From Gaiellaceae bacterium (GTDB lineage Bacteria > Actinomycetota > Thermoleophilia > Gaiellales > Gaiellaceae): a stretch of 58,706 nucleotides of DNA. The position numbers and the translations under genes are program-made. The first letter of the stretch is position 1, and the number at the start of each line of letters is the position of its first letter. Of the stretch, positions 9,212 to 24,147 are shown in pieces. The notes under the pieces are model-generated. The model worked only from the letters and a program-made list of their open reading frames with translations, searched no databases and was not told the DNA's origin. The stretch spans positions 1 to 58,706 of the forward strand of contig DAITKN010000001.1 of the NCBI GenBank assembly GCA_036836235.1, given 5' to 3'.

Positions 9212-10258
9212 GTGCCCAGAATCAACGGGTTGTCTTCCGGCCGTCTCGTTGCAGCGCAGCGCCCGGCCGCGGGGGTCGTGCGCGTCCGTGTCGCGGCATT
9301 CGCGGTTGCCGGTCTGCTTGCCGCGGTTGCGGTCGGTTACGGCATCCATCGGGCCAGCAGCTCCTCCGGCGACAGCGGGCGAGCCCTCGAGCCGGTCGTC
9401 GCCGCCGTCGTACCGCTCCGACCGGTCATCACCGGCGTTGCGACGGGGAGCGGCGCCGTGTGGGCGAGCTCCGAGTCGGGCGGCGCGACGAATCCAACCG
9501 CGGCAGGCCTGCTCTGGCGGATCGACCCGAGCACGAATCGCGCGGCGAGCCCGATCCCCGTCAGCGGCGGCGGGCAAGGGATCGCGATCGCCGCGGGCTC
9601 GGTCTGGACGGTTTCGCCGGAGGGTACGCGTCGGGTTGACCCGCGGAGCGGCAGGGTGATCGCCCGGATCGACGCGGCTCGCGGCTCGGAGATCGAAGGA
9701 TTCGGCAACGCGCTGTGGGTCGGCCAGCAGCGGATCGATCCCGCGACGAACACGGTGGCGGCCGTCGGCTCGTTTGACGGCTTCGTAACCGCGATCGGGC
9801 CGGAGGGGACCTGGGCGCGCAGCGACGCGCTCGAGCGCGTCGATCCGCGGACCGGGCGCGTCCTGGCCACGCTGAGGCGAAACGGCTTCACCCCGAACGC
9901 GATTGCGCTCGGCGGCGGGTCGGTTTGGGTCGCCTACGCCAGTCGAACCGAGTGGGAGACCACCGCGGTCGCACGCATCGATCCCAAGACGAATCGCTTT
10001 GCCGGCGACATCGTCGTCCTGCACGGCCGGGTCCCTTCGGCGCTTGCCTACGCCCGCGGCTCGCTCTGGCTACTCGCCCACAACGAGGAGGAGCGGGGCG
10101 CGCGGCTGACGCAGATCGACCCGAAGCGCGGAGCGGTGGTCGGGCTGCCGCTCCATCTGACGGGCGGAACTCCCGGCCTCCTCGTCGCGCAGGGCAGAAC
10201 GCTGTGGGTGGGCGAAGACCTCGACCAGGGCACGGTCACGCGGGTCGACCTCCGCTGA
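9212..10258 (+). CDS. Membrane-anchored/secreted repeat protein, probable beta-propeller
   Basis: It has an N-terminal hydrophobic anchor (VAAFAVAGLLAAVAV), then 6-7 repeats of about 45 aa, each carrying an R(I/V)DPxT(N/G)R motif and a xxWV strand. The start (GTG 9212) is uncertain. Confidence 0.6.
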   Translation: MPRINGLSSGRLVAAQRPAAGVVRVRVAAFAVAGLLAAVAVGYGIHRASSSSGDSGRALEPVVAAVVPLRPVITGVATGSGAVWASSESGGATNPTAAGLLWRIDPSTNRAASPIPVSGGGQGIAIAAGSVWTVSPEGTRRVDPRSGRVIARIDAARGSEIEGFGNALWVGQQRIDPATNTVAAVGSFDGFVTAIGPEGTWARSDALERVDPRTGRVLATLRRNGFTPNAIALGGGSVWVAYASRTEWETTAVARIDPKTNRFAGDIVVLHGRVPSALAYARGSLWLLAHNEEERGARLTQIDPKRGAVVGLPLHLTGGTPGLLVAQGRTLWVGEDLDQGTVTRVDLR

Positions 10259-10262
10259 GCCC

Positions 10263-10281
10263 TTGTAACAGTCTGTTACAA
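10263..10281. promoter_or_regulatory. Perfect 19-bp palindrome TTGTAACAG-T-CTGTTACAA upstream of the atp operon
   Basis: Read directly. It is AT-rich relative to its surroundings and lies 5 nt after the upstream stop and about 100 nt before atpZ. Confidence 0.5.
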
Positions 10282-10339
10282 AGCTCGGTGAAGCGCCTGG
10301 ACAAACTGCTGCGTTTCGCGCAGAACCATGCGCTTTAGG

Positions 10340-10371
10340 CTGTTACAAGCGCGCCTCGGCTCTGCTAAGCT
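10340..10371 (+). promoter_or_regulatory. Candidate atp-operon promoter (TTACAA-N17-TAAGCT) overlapping a third CTGTTACAA half-site
   Basis: The half-site CTGTTACAA is at 10340-10348. The -35-like TTACAA is at 10343-10348 and the -10-like TAAGCT at 10366-10371. The -10 ends 8 nt before ATG 10380, which would give a leaderless or near-leaderless mRNA. Confidence 0.3.
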
Positions 10372-10379
10372 CGCGCTGG

Positions 10380-10583
10380 ATGGAGCCCGCGCCTCGTTCG
10401 ACCTTTGAGCCCGCCGGCGCGGGCGGACTCCTGATCGGCGTGACCGCTGCTGTGATCGTCGTCGGCGGCCTGATCGGCTGGGTGGCCGGGTCGCTCGGGA
10501 TCGGTTGCCTGGTGGGCGCGGTGGTGGGGATTCCCGTGGGGGTCTTCGCGGTCTACCGGCGCTACCGGGGAGCGTTCTCGTGA
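10380..10583 (+). CDS. AtpZ/AtpI-family small membrane protein
   Basis: 67 aa with two Gly-rich TM helices, in first position of the atp operon. Confidence 0.6.
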   Translation: MEPAPRSTFEPAGAGGLLIGVTAAVIVVGGLIGWVAGSLGIGCLVGAVVGIPVGVFAVYRRYRGAFS

Positions 10584-10969
10584 GCGGCGGCCCCTTCGCA
10601 ACGCCGCGTCCCGTCCCCGGTCGGCTGCTGCCCGCACTGGGTGGTGCGCTCGTCTGTGCGCTCGCGCTGCCCGTGTTTCTCCTCGGAGGTTGGAGTATCG
10701 TCGGATGGGCGCTCGGGTCGACGCTCTGGGTCGGCATCCTGGCGCTCGATCTCCTGCTGGCGCGGGCCCGCGCGTCCGCCGGTAATCTCGCCGCCTCAGG
10801 CGTGCTGGCTTTCGGACTCTTCTTCAAGGCGATCGCGGTCCTCGTCGTGCTCTTCGCCGCAGCGGCGAGGGATTCGCACGTCGCGCTCGCGACCGTCCTC
10901 GTCTTCGGCCTCGCGTACACGCTCGACCGCGGCCTGCAGCTCGCGACCTACTTCGGGGCCGCGCGATGA
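10580..10969 (+). CDS. Hydrophobic membrane protein, ATP synthase protein I-like by position
   Basis: GTG 10580 overlaps the upstream stop (GTGA). About 129 aa with 4 predicted TM segments. It ends in an ATGA overlap with atpB. Confidence 0.45.
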   Translation: MSGGPFATPRPVPGRLLPALGGALVCALALPVFLLGGWSIVGWALGSTLWVGILALDLLLARARASAGNLAASGVLAFGLFFKAIAVLVVLFAAAARDSHVALATVLVFGLAYTLDRGLQLATYFGAAR

Positions 10970-11808
10970 GGCGGCTGCTGCTCCTGCTCGGGACGCTCGC
11001 GCTCGTCCTCCCGGCCAACGCCTTTGCCCGCGGTGAGTTCGATCCCGCTAAGGAGTTCGAGCAACATGAGTGGATCCCAATCCACCTCGGGCCGCTTAAC
11101 CTTTCGATCACGAAGGCTGTCGTCTACCTCCTGCTCGGCGCGCTGCTGACCATCCTCCTCGGGCTCTTCCTCATGCGCGGCAAGACGCTGAACCGCCGGG
11201 GCACCACTGGGGAGATGATCTACGACATCGCACAGAGGCAGGTTGCCGAGCAAGGTCTGCCCTCTAAGGCCATCGGCCGCTGGTTCCCGTACGTGGCGAC
11301 GCTGATGCTCTTCATCTGGGTCGTGAACATGCTCGGCTTCATCCCGCTGCCGATCACCGGCGAGACGTGGCACGGCATTCCGGTCTGGGGCATCTACGCC
11401 GCGACCTCGTCGATCTCCGTCACGCTTGCGCTCGCTTTGCTGACCTTCGTCTTCACGCACGTGGAGGGCGTGCGGGCGAACGGTCCCGTCCGCTATTTCA
11501 AGAGCTGGATCCCGGAGGTCCCGAAGGCGATCCTGCCGCTGATCGTCCCCCTGGAGATCCTCGGCCAGTTCATGCGCCTCATCTCGCTGAGCGTCCGCCT
11601 CTTCGCGAACATGCTCGCCGGGCACATGCTGATCCTCGTCTTCATCGGCCTGATCTTCGTCCTCCAGAGCCTGGCTCTGATACCCGTCGTCCTGTTCGCG
11701 TCGGTGTTCTATGTCTTCGAGGTCACGATCGTCGTGTCGATCCAGGCCTTCATCTTCGCTCTCCTGTCCGCCATCTATATCGGCTCCGCAATCGAGCCGG
11801 AACATTAG
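10966..11808 (+). CDS. atpB: F0F1 ATP synthase subunit a
   Basis: 280 aa with the conserved region LSLSVRLFANMLAGH containing the essential Arg. Confidence 0.95.
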   Translation: MRRLLLLLGTLALVLPANAFARGEFDPAKEFEQHEWIPIHLGPLNLSITKAVVYLLLGALLTILLGLFLMRGKTLNRRGTTGEMIYDIAQRQVAEQGLPSKAIGRWFPYVATLMLFIWVVNMLGFIPLPITGETWHGIPVWGIYAATSSISVTLALALLTFVFTHVEGVRANGPVRYFKSWIPEVPKAILPLIVPLEILGQFMRLISLSVRLFANMLAGHMLILVFIGLIFVLQSLALIPVVLFASVFYVFEVTIVVSIQAFIFALLSAIYIGSAIEPEH

Positions 11809-11819
11809 GAGGAAACCGG

Positions 11820-12089
11820 ATGATCCACTCGTTCATCCTCGCCGCAGCCGCAGGCGACAACGTGAAGGCCGGCAAGGCCATCGCGCTCGCTCTCGGAATT
11901 GGACTCGGCTCGCTCGGCGCCGGCATCGGCATCGGCAACATCTTCGGCTCGATGATCCAGGCGGTCGCGCGACAGCCCGAGCTGCGCGGAGAGCTGCAGG
12001 GAATCCAGTGGCTCGGGTTCGCGCTCACCGAGGCGGTTGTGTTCTACGGCCTCATCGGCGGCCTGCTGGCCTACGTGCTGATCTCGTAG
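11820..12089 (+). CDS. atpE: F0F1 ATP synthase subunit c
   Basis: 89 aa hairpin protein with the GxGxGxG helix (GAGIGIGNIFG), an ARQPE loop, and the carboxylate in GFALTEAV. AGGAGG lies 9 nt upstream. Confidence 0.95.
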   Translation: MIHSFILAAAAGDNVKAGKAIALALGIGLGSLGAGIGIGNIFGSMIQAVARQPELRGELQGIQWLGFALTEAVVFYGLIGGLLAYVLIS

Positions 12090-12623
12090 ATGCTCGTCGC
12101 AGCCAACGCTCTGATCCAGGTCACTCCGGGTCTGATGATCTGGACGATCGTCGCATTCGGAATCACCGTCTTCGTGCTCAAGCGCTATGCCTTCGGCCCG
12201 ATCCAGAAGACGATCGACGAGCGGCGCGAGCGGATCAGGCAGTCGATCGAGGAGGCCGAGCACGCCCGTGAGGAGGCGCGCCGCCTGCTCGAGGAGCACA
12301 AGGCGCTGATGGGCCAGGCCCGCGGCGAGGCAGAGTCGATCCTCGCGGAGGCTCGGCGCGTCGGCGACGCGCAGCGCGAGCGCATGCGCGAGGAGGTCGA
12401 AGCCGACCGGCAGCGACGCCTCGAGGAGACCCGCCGCCAGATCGAGGGCGAGACGGCCCGCGCGTTGACCCAGATCCGCGCCGAGGTCGCCGAGTTGACG
12501 CTCGAGGCCACCGCGAAGGTCACGGGCAAGGTGCTCGACGACGAGGACCACCGGCGGCTCATCACCGACGCAATCTCGGGACTCGACTTCTCCGTTCTGG
12601 AGCCGGAGCCGGCCGAGAAGTAA
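12090..12623 (+). CDS. atpF: F0F1 ATP synthase subunit b
   Basis: 177 aa with a single N-terminal TM helix, then a long charged coiled coil (E/R/A-rich). Confidence 0.9.
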   Translation: MLVAANALIQVTPGLMIWTIVAFGITVFVLKRYAFGPIQKTIDERRERIRQSIEEAEHAREEARRLLEEHKALMGQARGEAESILAEARRVGDAQRERMREEVEADRQRRLEETRRQIEGETARALTQIRAEVAELTLEATAKVTGKVLDDEDHRRLITDAISGLDFSVLEPEPAEK

Positions 12624-13157
12624 ATGGCCGTCGCGTACCGCATCTACGCCCGCGCCCTCTTCGACGCGGCGCAGAACCACGACCGCCTCGCGCGTGTGCG
12701 CGAGGACCTGGCCGACTTCGTCGCGGCGGTCGAGCAAGTGCCGGAGCTGCGCGCGCTGTTGCGCGATCCCGTGCTGGACCCGAAGGAGAAGGCGGCGGCG
12801 CTCGACTCGATCCTCGGCGGTGTCGACGAGCTCGTCCGCAACTTCCTGCTGCTGGTCGCCGAGAAGAACCGCACCGCGCAGATCGAGGAGATCGCCCGCG
12901 AGTTCGACCGTCTCGTCGCGGCCGAAGAGCGCCGGCTCGAGGTCGAGCTGACGACCGCGTTCGAGCTCTCCGACAAGGAGGCGAAGTCGATCGTCGCCCA
13001 GATCGAGAAGGCGTCCGGCCGCCAGGTCGACGCGACGCGCTCGGTCGATCCCGACCTGATCGGCGGCCTGATCCTGCAGGCCGGCTCGATGCGCGTTGAC
13101 GCCAGCGTGCGCGGCCGCCTAAACCGACTACGACACGACCTAGTGACGAGGAGCTGA
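12624..13157 (+). CDS. atpH: F0F1 ATP synthase subunit delta
   Basis: 177 aa with an OSCP-like sequence (YARALFDAA..., ...[25 protein letters not shown]). Confidence 0.9.
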   Translation: MAVAYRIYARALFDAAQNHDRLARVREDLADFVAAVEQVPELRALLRDPVLDPKEKAAALDSILGGVDELVRNFLLLVAEKNRTAQIEEIAREFDRLVAAEERRLEVELTTAFELSDKEAKSIVAQIEKASGRQVDATRSVDPDLIGGLILQAGSMRVDASVRGRLNRLRHDLVTRS

Positions 13158-13158
13158 T

Positions 13159-14688
<1,530 letters not shown>

Positions 14689-15591
14689 ATGGCGACCGTC
14701 CAAGACATCCGCAGGCGCGTCCGCTCCGTCACCAACACGCGCAAGATCACGAAGGCGATGGAGCTCGTCGCCGCTGCGAAGCTGCGCCGCGCGCAGGCGC
14801 GGATCGAGGCGATGCGCCCGTTCGCCGACCGGATGCTCGAGCTGATGGCTGGCACGGCGAGGGCGAGCTCGTCGGTTCGAGGACTGCCGCTCCTGCAGCA
14901 GCGCGACCAGGTGGAGACGGTCGCGATCGTCGCGGTCACCGGCGACCGCGGCCTCGCGGGCGCCTTCAACGCCCAGGTGCTGCGGCAGTCGATTGCGCTC
15001 GAGCGGCAGCTCGCCCGCGACGGCGTCTCGGTGCGCTGGCTCGCCGTCGGCCGCAAGGGCGGCTCGAGCTTGCGCTTCCGCCGCTACGAGGTCGAGCAGG
15101 CGTGGACGGGCTTCACGGACCAGCCCACCTATGCCGACGCTCAGGCGATCGCGCGGAAGCTGGCCGACCTCTACTCGAACGGCGACGTCGACCGCGTCAC
15201 GATCGTCTACAACGAGTTTGAGTCGGCGCTGGTGCAGCGGGTCACGTCGCGCGACGTGCTGCCGATCTCCGAGGACGTGCTCGCGGCGGCCACCGACGGC
15301 GAGGACGACGCGCAGACCGCAGCGCTCCGCGGCGACTTCATTTACGAGCCGGAGCCGGAGGAGATCCTCGAGCGTCTCCTGCCCGTGTACCTCGAGACGG
15401 AGATCTTCCGCGCGCTCCTCGAGTCGGCCGCGTCGAAGCACGGCGCTCAGATGACCGCGATGCGGAACGCGTCGTCGAACGCCGGCGAGCTGATCGACTC
15501 GCTCACGCTCGCCATGAACCGCGCCCGCCAGGCGGAGATCACCCAGGAAATCCTGGAGGTGGTCGCGGGCGCGGATGCTTTGACTGCGTAG
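14689..15591 (+). CDS. atpG: F0F1 ATP synthase subunit gamma
   Basis: 300 aa with IRRRVRSVTNTRKITKAMELVAAAKLRRAQ at the N-terminus and ITQEILEVVAGA at the C-terminus. Confidence 0.95.
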   Translation: MATVQDIRRRVRSVTNTRKITKAMELVAAAKLRRAQARIEAMRPFADRMLELMAGTARASSSVRGLPLLQQRDQVETVAIVAVTGDRGLAGAFNAQVLRQSIALERQLARDGVSVRWLAVGRKGGSSLRFRRYEVEQAWTGFTDQPTYADAQAIARKLADLYSNGDVDRVTIVYNEFESALVQRVTSRDVLPISEDVLAAATDGEDDAQTAALRGDFIYEPEPEEILERLLPVYLETEIFRALLESAASKHGAQMTAMRNASSNAGELIDSLTLAMNRARQAEITQEILEVVAGADALTA

Positions 15592-15647
15592 GAGTCGCGA
15601 GGTGCGAGGGCACCTGGATCGGTCCCAGGGACGCTTCGATAGACTGA

Positions 15648-17210
<1,563 letters not shown>

Positions 17211-17642
17211 ATGGCCGACGAGCGGCGCAGGTTCGACGTCTCGCTCGTGACGCCCGAGGGAGCGGCGTTCGAGGGCGAGGCGGAGATGCTCATTGTGCCA
17301 GGCGCGGCGGGCGAGATCGGCGTGCTCGCGCGGCACGCTCCGCTCGTGGCGACGCTGAAGGCCGGCTCCACGCGCGTGCACGTGACGCAAGGCGATGTGA
17401 AGGAGTTCGCGACCGGCCCCGGTTTTTTCAAGGTCGAGCTCGACCGCGCGATCGCCCTCGTCGACGACGCCGCCGACGTCGAGCAGATCGACCGCGACCG
17501 CGCCCAGAAGCAGCTCGAGGAGGCGCGCGCGGAGCTCGAGCAGGTCGAGGCGGGCGACTCGGAGGCCGATCGCTGGCAGCTCGAGCAGCGGATCGCGCAT
17601 GCGGAGAACCAGCTCCGCGTCGCGGGCGTCGAGCCCGGCTAG
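17211..17642 (+). CDS. atpC: F0F1 ATP synthase subunit epsilon
   Basis: 143 aa, immediately follows atpD, with a beta-sandwich plus helical-hairpin pattern. Confidence 0.9.
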   Translation: MADERRRFDVSLVTPEGAAFEGEAEMLIVPGAAGEIGVLARHAPLVATLKAGSTRVHVTQGDVKEFATGPGFFKVELDRAIALVDDAADVEQIDRDRAQKQLEEARAELEQVEAGDSEADRWQLEQRIAHAENQLRVAGVEPG

Positions 17643-17664
17643 CGACCTCTGGCACAATTCCGGG

Positions 17665-18255
17665 ATGCGCGCCTTGGCGCATGTCTTCGTCGCCGTCATG
17701 GCTCTCGGCCTCCTAACAGGCGGTGCCGACGCAAAGCGGAAGCCGGCGTGGACATGGGCGTCGCTCCACCGGCCGCTGCACGTCCCGCGATTGGCGCCAG
17801 GCGCCTCGTGTCCGGTCAGCGCGACGCACGTCGTCAAGCTCGGCCCATCCGCAGGGCCCCGGACTTTGCCTGGCCCAGGGCCGGCGTATCCGGTCCTAAC
17901 GACCGACGTGTCCGTCGATTTCGTCTATCCCCCAGATCCACGACAGACGGACTTCTACGGCTCGGGCTGGGGCGGCAACAAGGTGCTTTGGTGGGTCCAG
18001 AACTCGTACAAGGGCCCGGTCCTCATCCGCGGTCGCCAACTCGACGGATCACACGCCGTTCGCTTCGATCGCGGCATGCCGCCGCAGCTGGAAATCAGGA
18101 TCGGAGTCGTCCACGACGGGTACTACCGGACCCACGCCCGCGGGCGCGCGAGCTACACTCGGCTCGAGGCGGCGGGCTGCTACGCGTACCAGATCGACGG
18201 CGTCGACTTCAGCCGAGTAATCGTCTTCCAGGGCCGGATCGTCCCCGCCCCTTAG
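17665..18255 (+). CDS. Secreted hypothetical protein
   Basis: Signal peptide MRALAHVFVAVMALGLLTGGADA. No recognisable domain. The track ORF starts earlier (17599) but overlaps atpC. Confidence 0.5.
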   Translation: MRALAHVFVAVMALGLLTGGADAKRKPAWTWASLHRPLHVPRLAPGASCPVSATHVVKLGPSAGPRTLPGPGPAYPVLTTDVSVDFVYPPDPRQTDFYGSGWGGNKVLWWVQNSYKGPVLIRGRQLDGSHAVRFDRGMPPQLEIRIGVVHDGYYRTHARGRASYTRLEAAGCYAYQIDGVDFSRVIVFQGRIVPAP

Positions 18256-18355
18256 CTACACTGCGTTCAGCACGTCCGGAGAGCTTTGAACGGCAGCTTG
18301 GCGACCGGGTTACCAAACGCCTAAAGAGCCCGCGGAGCCCCGGCTCCCGACCTCT

Positions 18356-22012
<3,657 letters not shown>

Positions 22013-22070
22013 ACAGGAGCGAGCCTCCCGGCTTCGAACCACCGGAGCGTCGGATATCCTTGGGCGCGGC

Positions 22071-22093
22071 AGCGCCTCCGGCGCTCCTTTTTT
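22071..22093 (+). terminator. Probable intrinsic terminator after metH
   Basis: Stem AGCGCC/GGCGCT with a 3-nt loop, followed by CC and a T6 run (22088-22093). Confidence 0.5.
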
Positions 22094-22103
22094 CAGGTCC
22101 TGG

Positions 22104-24044
22104 ATGCGAACCACGCTCAAGAGAGGAATCGGCCGCGGCGCCGCGCTGAACGGGGACGGCAACGGCCGCGCGATCCTCCCGCCGACCTCGCCCGCCTTCA
22201 CGATCTACCGGCAGCCCGAGCCGTCGCGCCGCAGCCTCGCCGGGCTCGTCCTGAAGGGCTTCCTCTGGCTGCTCGCCGGCATCGTCGGCGTCTTCGTCTC
22301 CCTCGCAGGCGGGTACTACCTCTGGTTGCACGAGGTGCCGACCGCGCTGCGCGCTGTCTCTCGCGACGTCGTGAAGGCCCAGAAGCACCTCGGCATCCCG
22401 ATCGCCGGGAAGCCGACCATCGCGCTCGTCATCGGCTACGACAAGCGCAAGGGGAAGGAGGCCGACCTCACGTCGCGATCGGACACGATCATGCTGATCC
22501 GGTCAGACCCGGAGACGAACAGCATCTCGATGATGTCGTTCCCGCGCGACCTCCAGGTGCTGAACTACTGCCCTGGACACTCGCCCGTCCTCGACCGGAT
22601 CAACGCGGCGTACTCGATGTGCGGCGCCGCGGGGACACTCGACACCGTCAAGCACCTCACCGGGATCAACGTCAACTACCTGATCACCGTCAACTTCGCG
22701 GGCTTCAAGCAGGTGGTGGACAAGGTGGGCGGGGTCTGGGTCGACGTCGACCGGCGCTACTTCAACAACAACACCACCGGCTACGACCGCTACGCGACGA
22801 TCAACCTGCAGCCCGGCTACCAGAAGCTGAACGGCCGCGACGCCCTCGACTACGTTCGCTTCCGCCACACCGACTCGGATCTCTACCGGCTCGCGCGTCA
22901 GCAGCTCTTCATCCGCGCGATGAAGGAGCAGATCTCGCATTCGTTCCTGCCGATCTCGATCCCGCGCATCGTCGGGGCGATCACCAAGAACCACAACGTC
23001 CAGATCGGGGCGGGTGGAGGCAAGACCGTCGACTTCGACACGATCAAGTCGTACGGATTCGCCGCGTACAAGACACCCTCGGGCCACATCTTCACGTCCA
23101 CGATCCAAGGCCTGACCGGCCAGAACGAGCTCGCGGCGCCCCAGTCGGACATCGACGCGGCTGTGCAGGACTTCCTCAACCCCGACGTGCAGGCACCCGA
23201 GAAGGCCGGCGCGGTCGCGCTCGGCAAGAAGCCGCACGTCAAGAGCGGGCCGAGCGCCTCGACCGTGCCCGTGCTGATCCTGAACGGGAACGGGGTCAGC
23301 GGCTCGGCAACCACTGCCGGGGCGGCGCTGCAGGCGAAGGGCTACCCGATCATCCTCCCCGCGAACGGCGCGCCGGCGAACGCGCCGAGCTGGAACTACG
23401 CGCGCACGAAGATCTACTTCGACCCGCGCCAGCCGAGCGCGCAGCCGGCGGCAAAGCGCCTGGCGATCCTGTTCGGGCAGGCGGACGTGGGGCCGATCCC
23501 CGCCACGATCAAGCCGCTGCAGAACGGCGCGATGGAGATCGTCGTCGTCGGCGCCACCTACGCCGGCAAGCTCGCACCCGCACCGCGCGACCAGACGCCG
23601 ACGCGACATCCGCCGGACGTCCGCGCCGACGGCGGGACGTCGCTGCCTCTGCTTCGGCAGGTACGAAAGAAGGTGCGCTTCCAGTTGATGGTGCCTTCGC
23701 AGATCGAAGGGCACTCGCGGCCCGACCTCGAGGTGCCGGTCCGCTCCTACTGGATCGGCAAGCACCGCGCTGTGCGGCTCGTCTACAAGACGAGCCTCGA
23801 CGTCGCGGGCTACTGGGGGATCGAGGAGACCGACTGGCCCGATCCGCCGCTCCTCGACAAGCCGAACCGCACCATTGTCCGAAACGGGCGCCGCTTCGAT
23901 CTCTTCTTCAACGGCGTGCACCTGCATGTCATCGCGCTGCGCGAGAAGAACGCGTCCTACTGGGTCACGAACACCCTCCTGAACACGCTCTCGAACGAGA
24001 CGATGATCGCGATAGCAAAAGGATTAAGGCCACTCTCTCGGTGA
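22104..24044 (+). CDS. LCP (LytR-CpsA-Psr) family cell-envelope phosphotransferase with LytR_C domain and an extra C-terminal region
   Basis: N-terminal TM helix, LCP core (RSDTIMLIRSDPETNSISMMSFPRDLQV, YVRFRH), and a LytR_C-like VLILNGNGVSGSATTAGAALQAKGY. The start ATG 22104 was chosen downstream of the metH terminator. Confidence 0.85.
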   Translation: MRTTLKRGIGRGAALNGDGNGRAILPPTSPAFTIYRQPEPSRRSLAGLVLKGFLWLLAGIVGVFVSLAGGYYLWLHEVPTALRAVSRDVVKAQKHLGIPIAGKPTIALVIGYDKRKGKEADLTSRSDTIMLIRSDPETNSISMMSFPRDLQVLNYCPGHSPVLDRINAAYSMCGAAGTLDTVKHLTGINVNYLITVNFAGFKQVVDKVGGVWVDVDRRYFNNNTTGYDRYATINLQPGYQKLNGRDALDYVRFRHTDSDLYRLARQQLFIRAMKEQISHSFLPISIPRIVGAITKNHNVQIGAGGGKTVDFDTIKSYGFAAYKTPSGHIFTSTIQGLTGQNELAAPQSDIDAAVQDFLNPDVQAPEKAGAVALGKKPHVKSGPSASTVPVLILNGNGVSGSATTAGAALQAKGYPIILPANGAPANAPSWNYARTKIYFDPRQPSAQPAAKRLAILFGQADVGPIPATIKPLQNGAMEIVVVGATYAGKLAPAPRDQTPTRHPPDVRADGGTSLPLLRQVRKKVRFQLMVPSQIEGHSRPDLEVPVRSYWIGKHRAVRLVYKTSLDVAGYWGIEETDWPDPPLLDKPNRTIVRNGRRFDLFFNGVHLHVIALREKNASYWVTNTLLNTLSNETMIAIAKGLRPLSR

Positions 24045-24147
24045 ATTCGACGCGGGGGCGGTTAGGGAGCGGAGACGGCGAACGGGCACGGCCCGTCCGC
24101 CTGAGGACGGCGTCGCGAGGCGCCGCCTTCGCGCTAGGCTCCGCCAA

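Noticed and set aside
8381-10258. 625-aa ORF overlapping the WecA-like gene
   Set aside because: The N-terminal two-fifths are an alternative frame of the GT4 transferase gene with an Arg-rich composition. Only the part after about 9212 has a signal/anchor and repeat structure.
10263-10281. Calling the atp-upstream palindrome a Rex or CRP box
   Set aside because: The outer TTGT/ACAA resembles those boxes. The odd 19-bp length and the inner bases (TAACAG) do not fit TTGTGAA-N4-TTCACAA or TGTGA-N6-TCACA as I recall them, so it is left as an unknown operator.
18256-18355. Possible SAM/SAH/cobalamin riboswitch in the metH leader (and upstream of ahcY)
   Set aside because: I see only a short GGAGC-CCCG-GCTCC hairpin. 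I cannot match any riboswitch consensus from memory, and the ahcY leader is only 28 nt. A covariance-model scan (Rfam/Infernal) would be needed.
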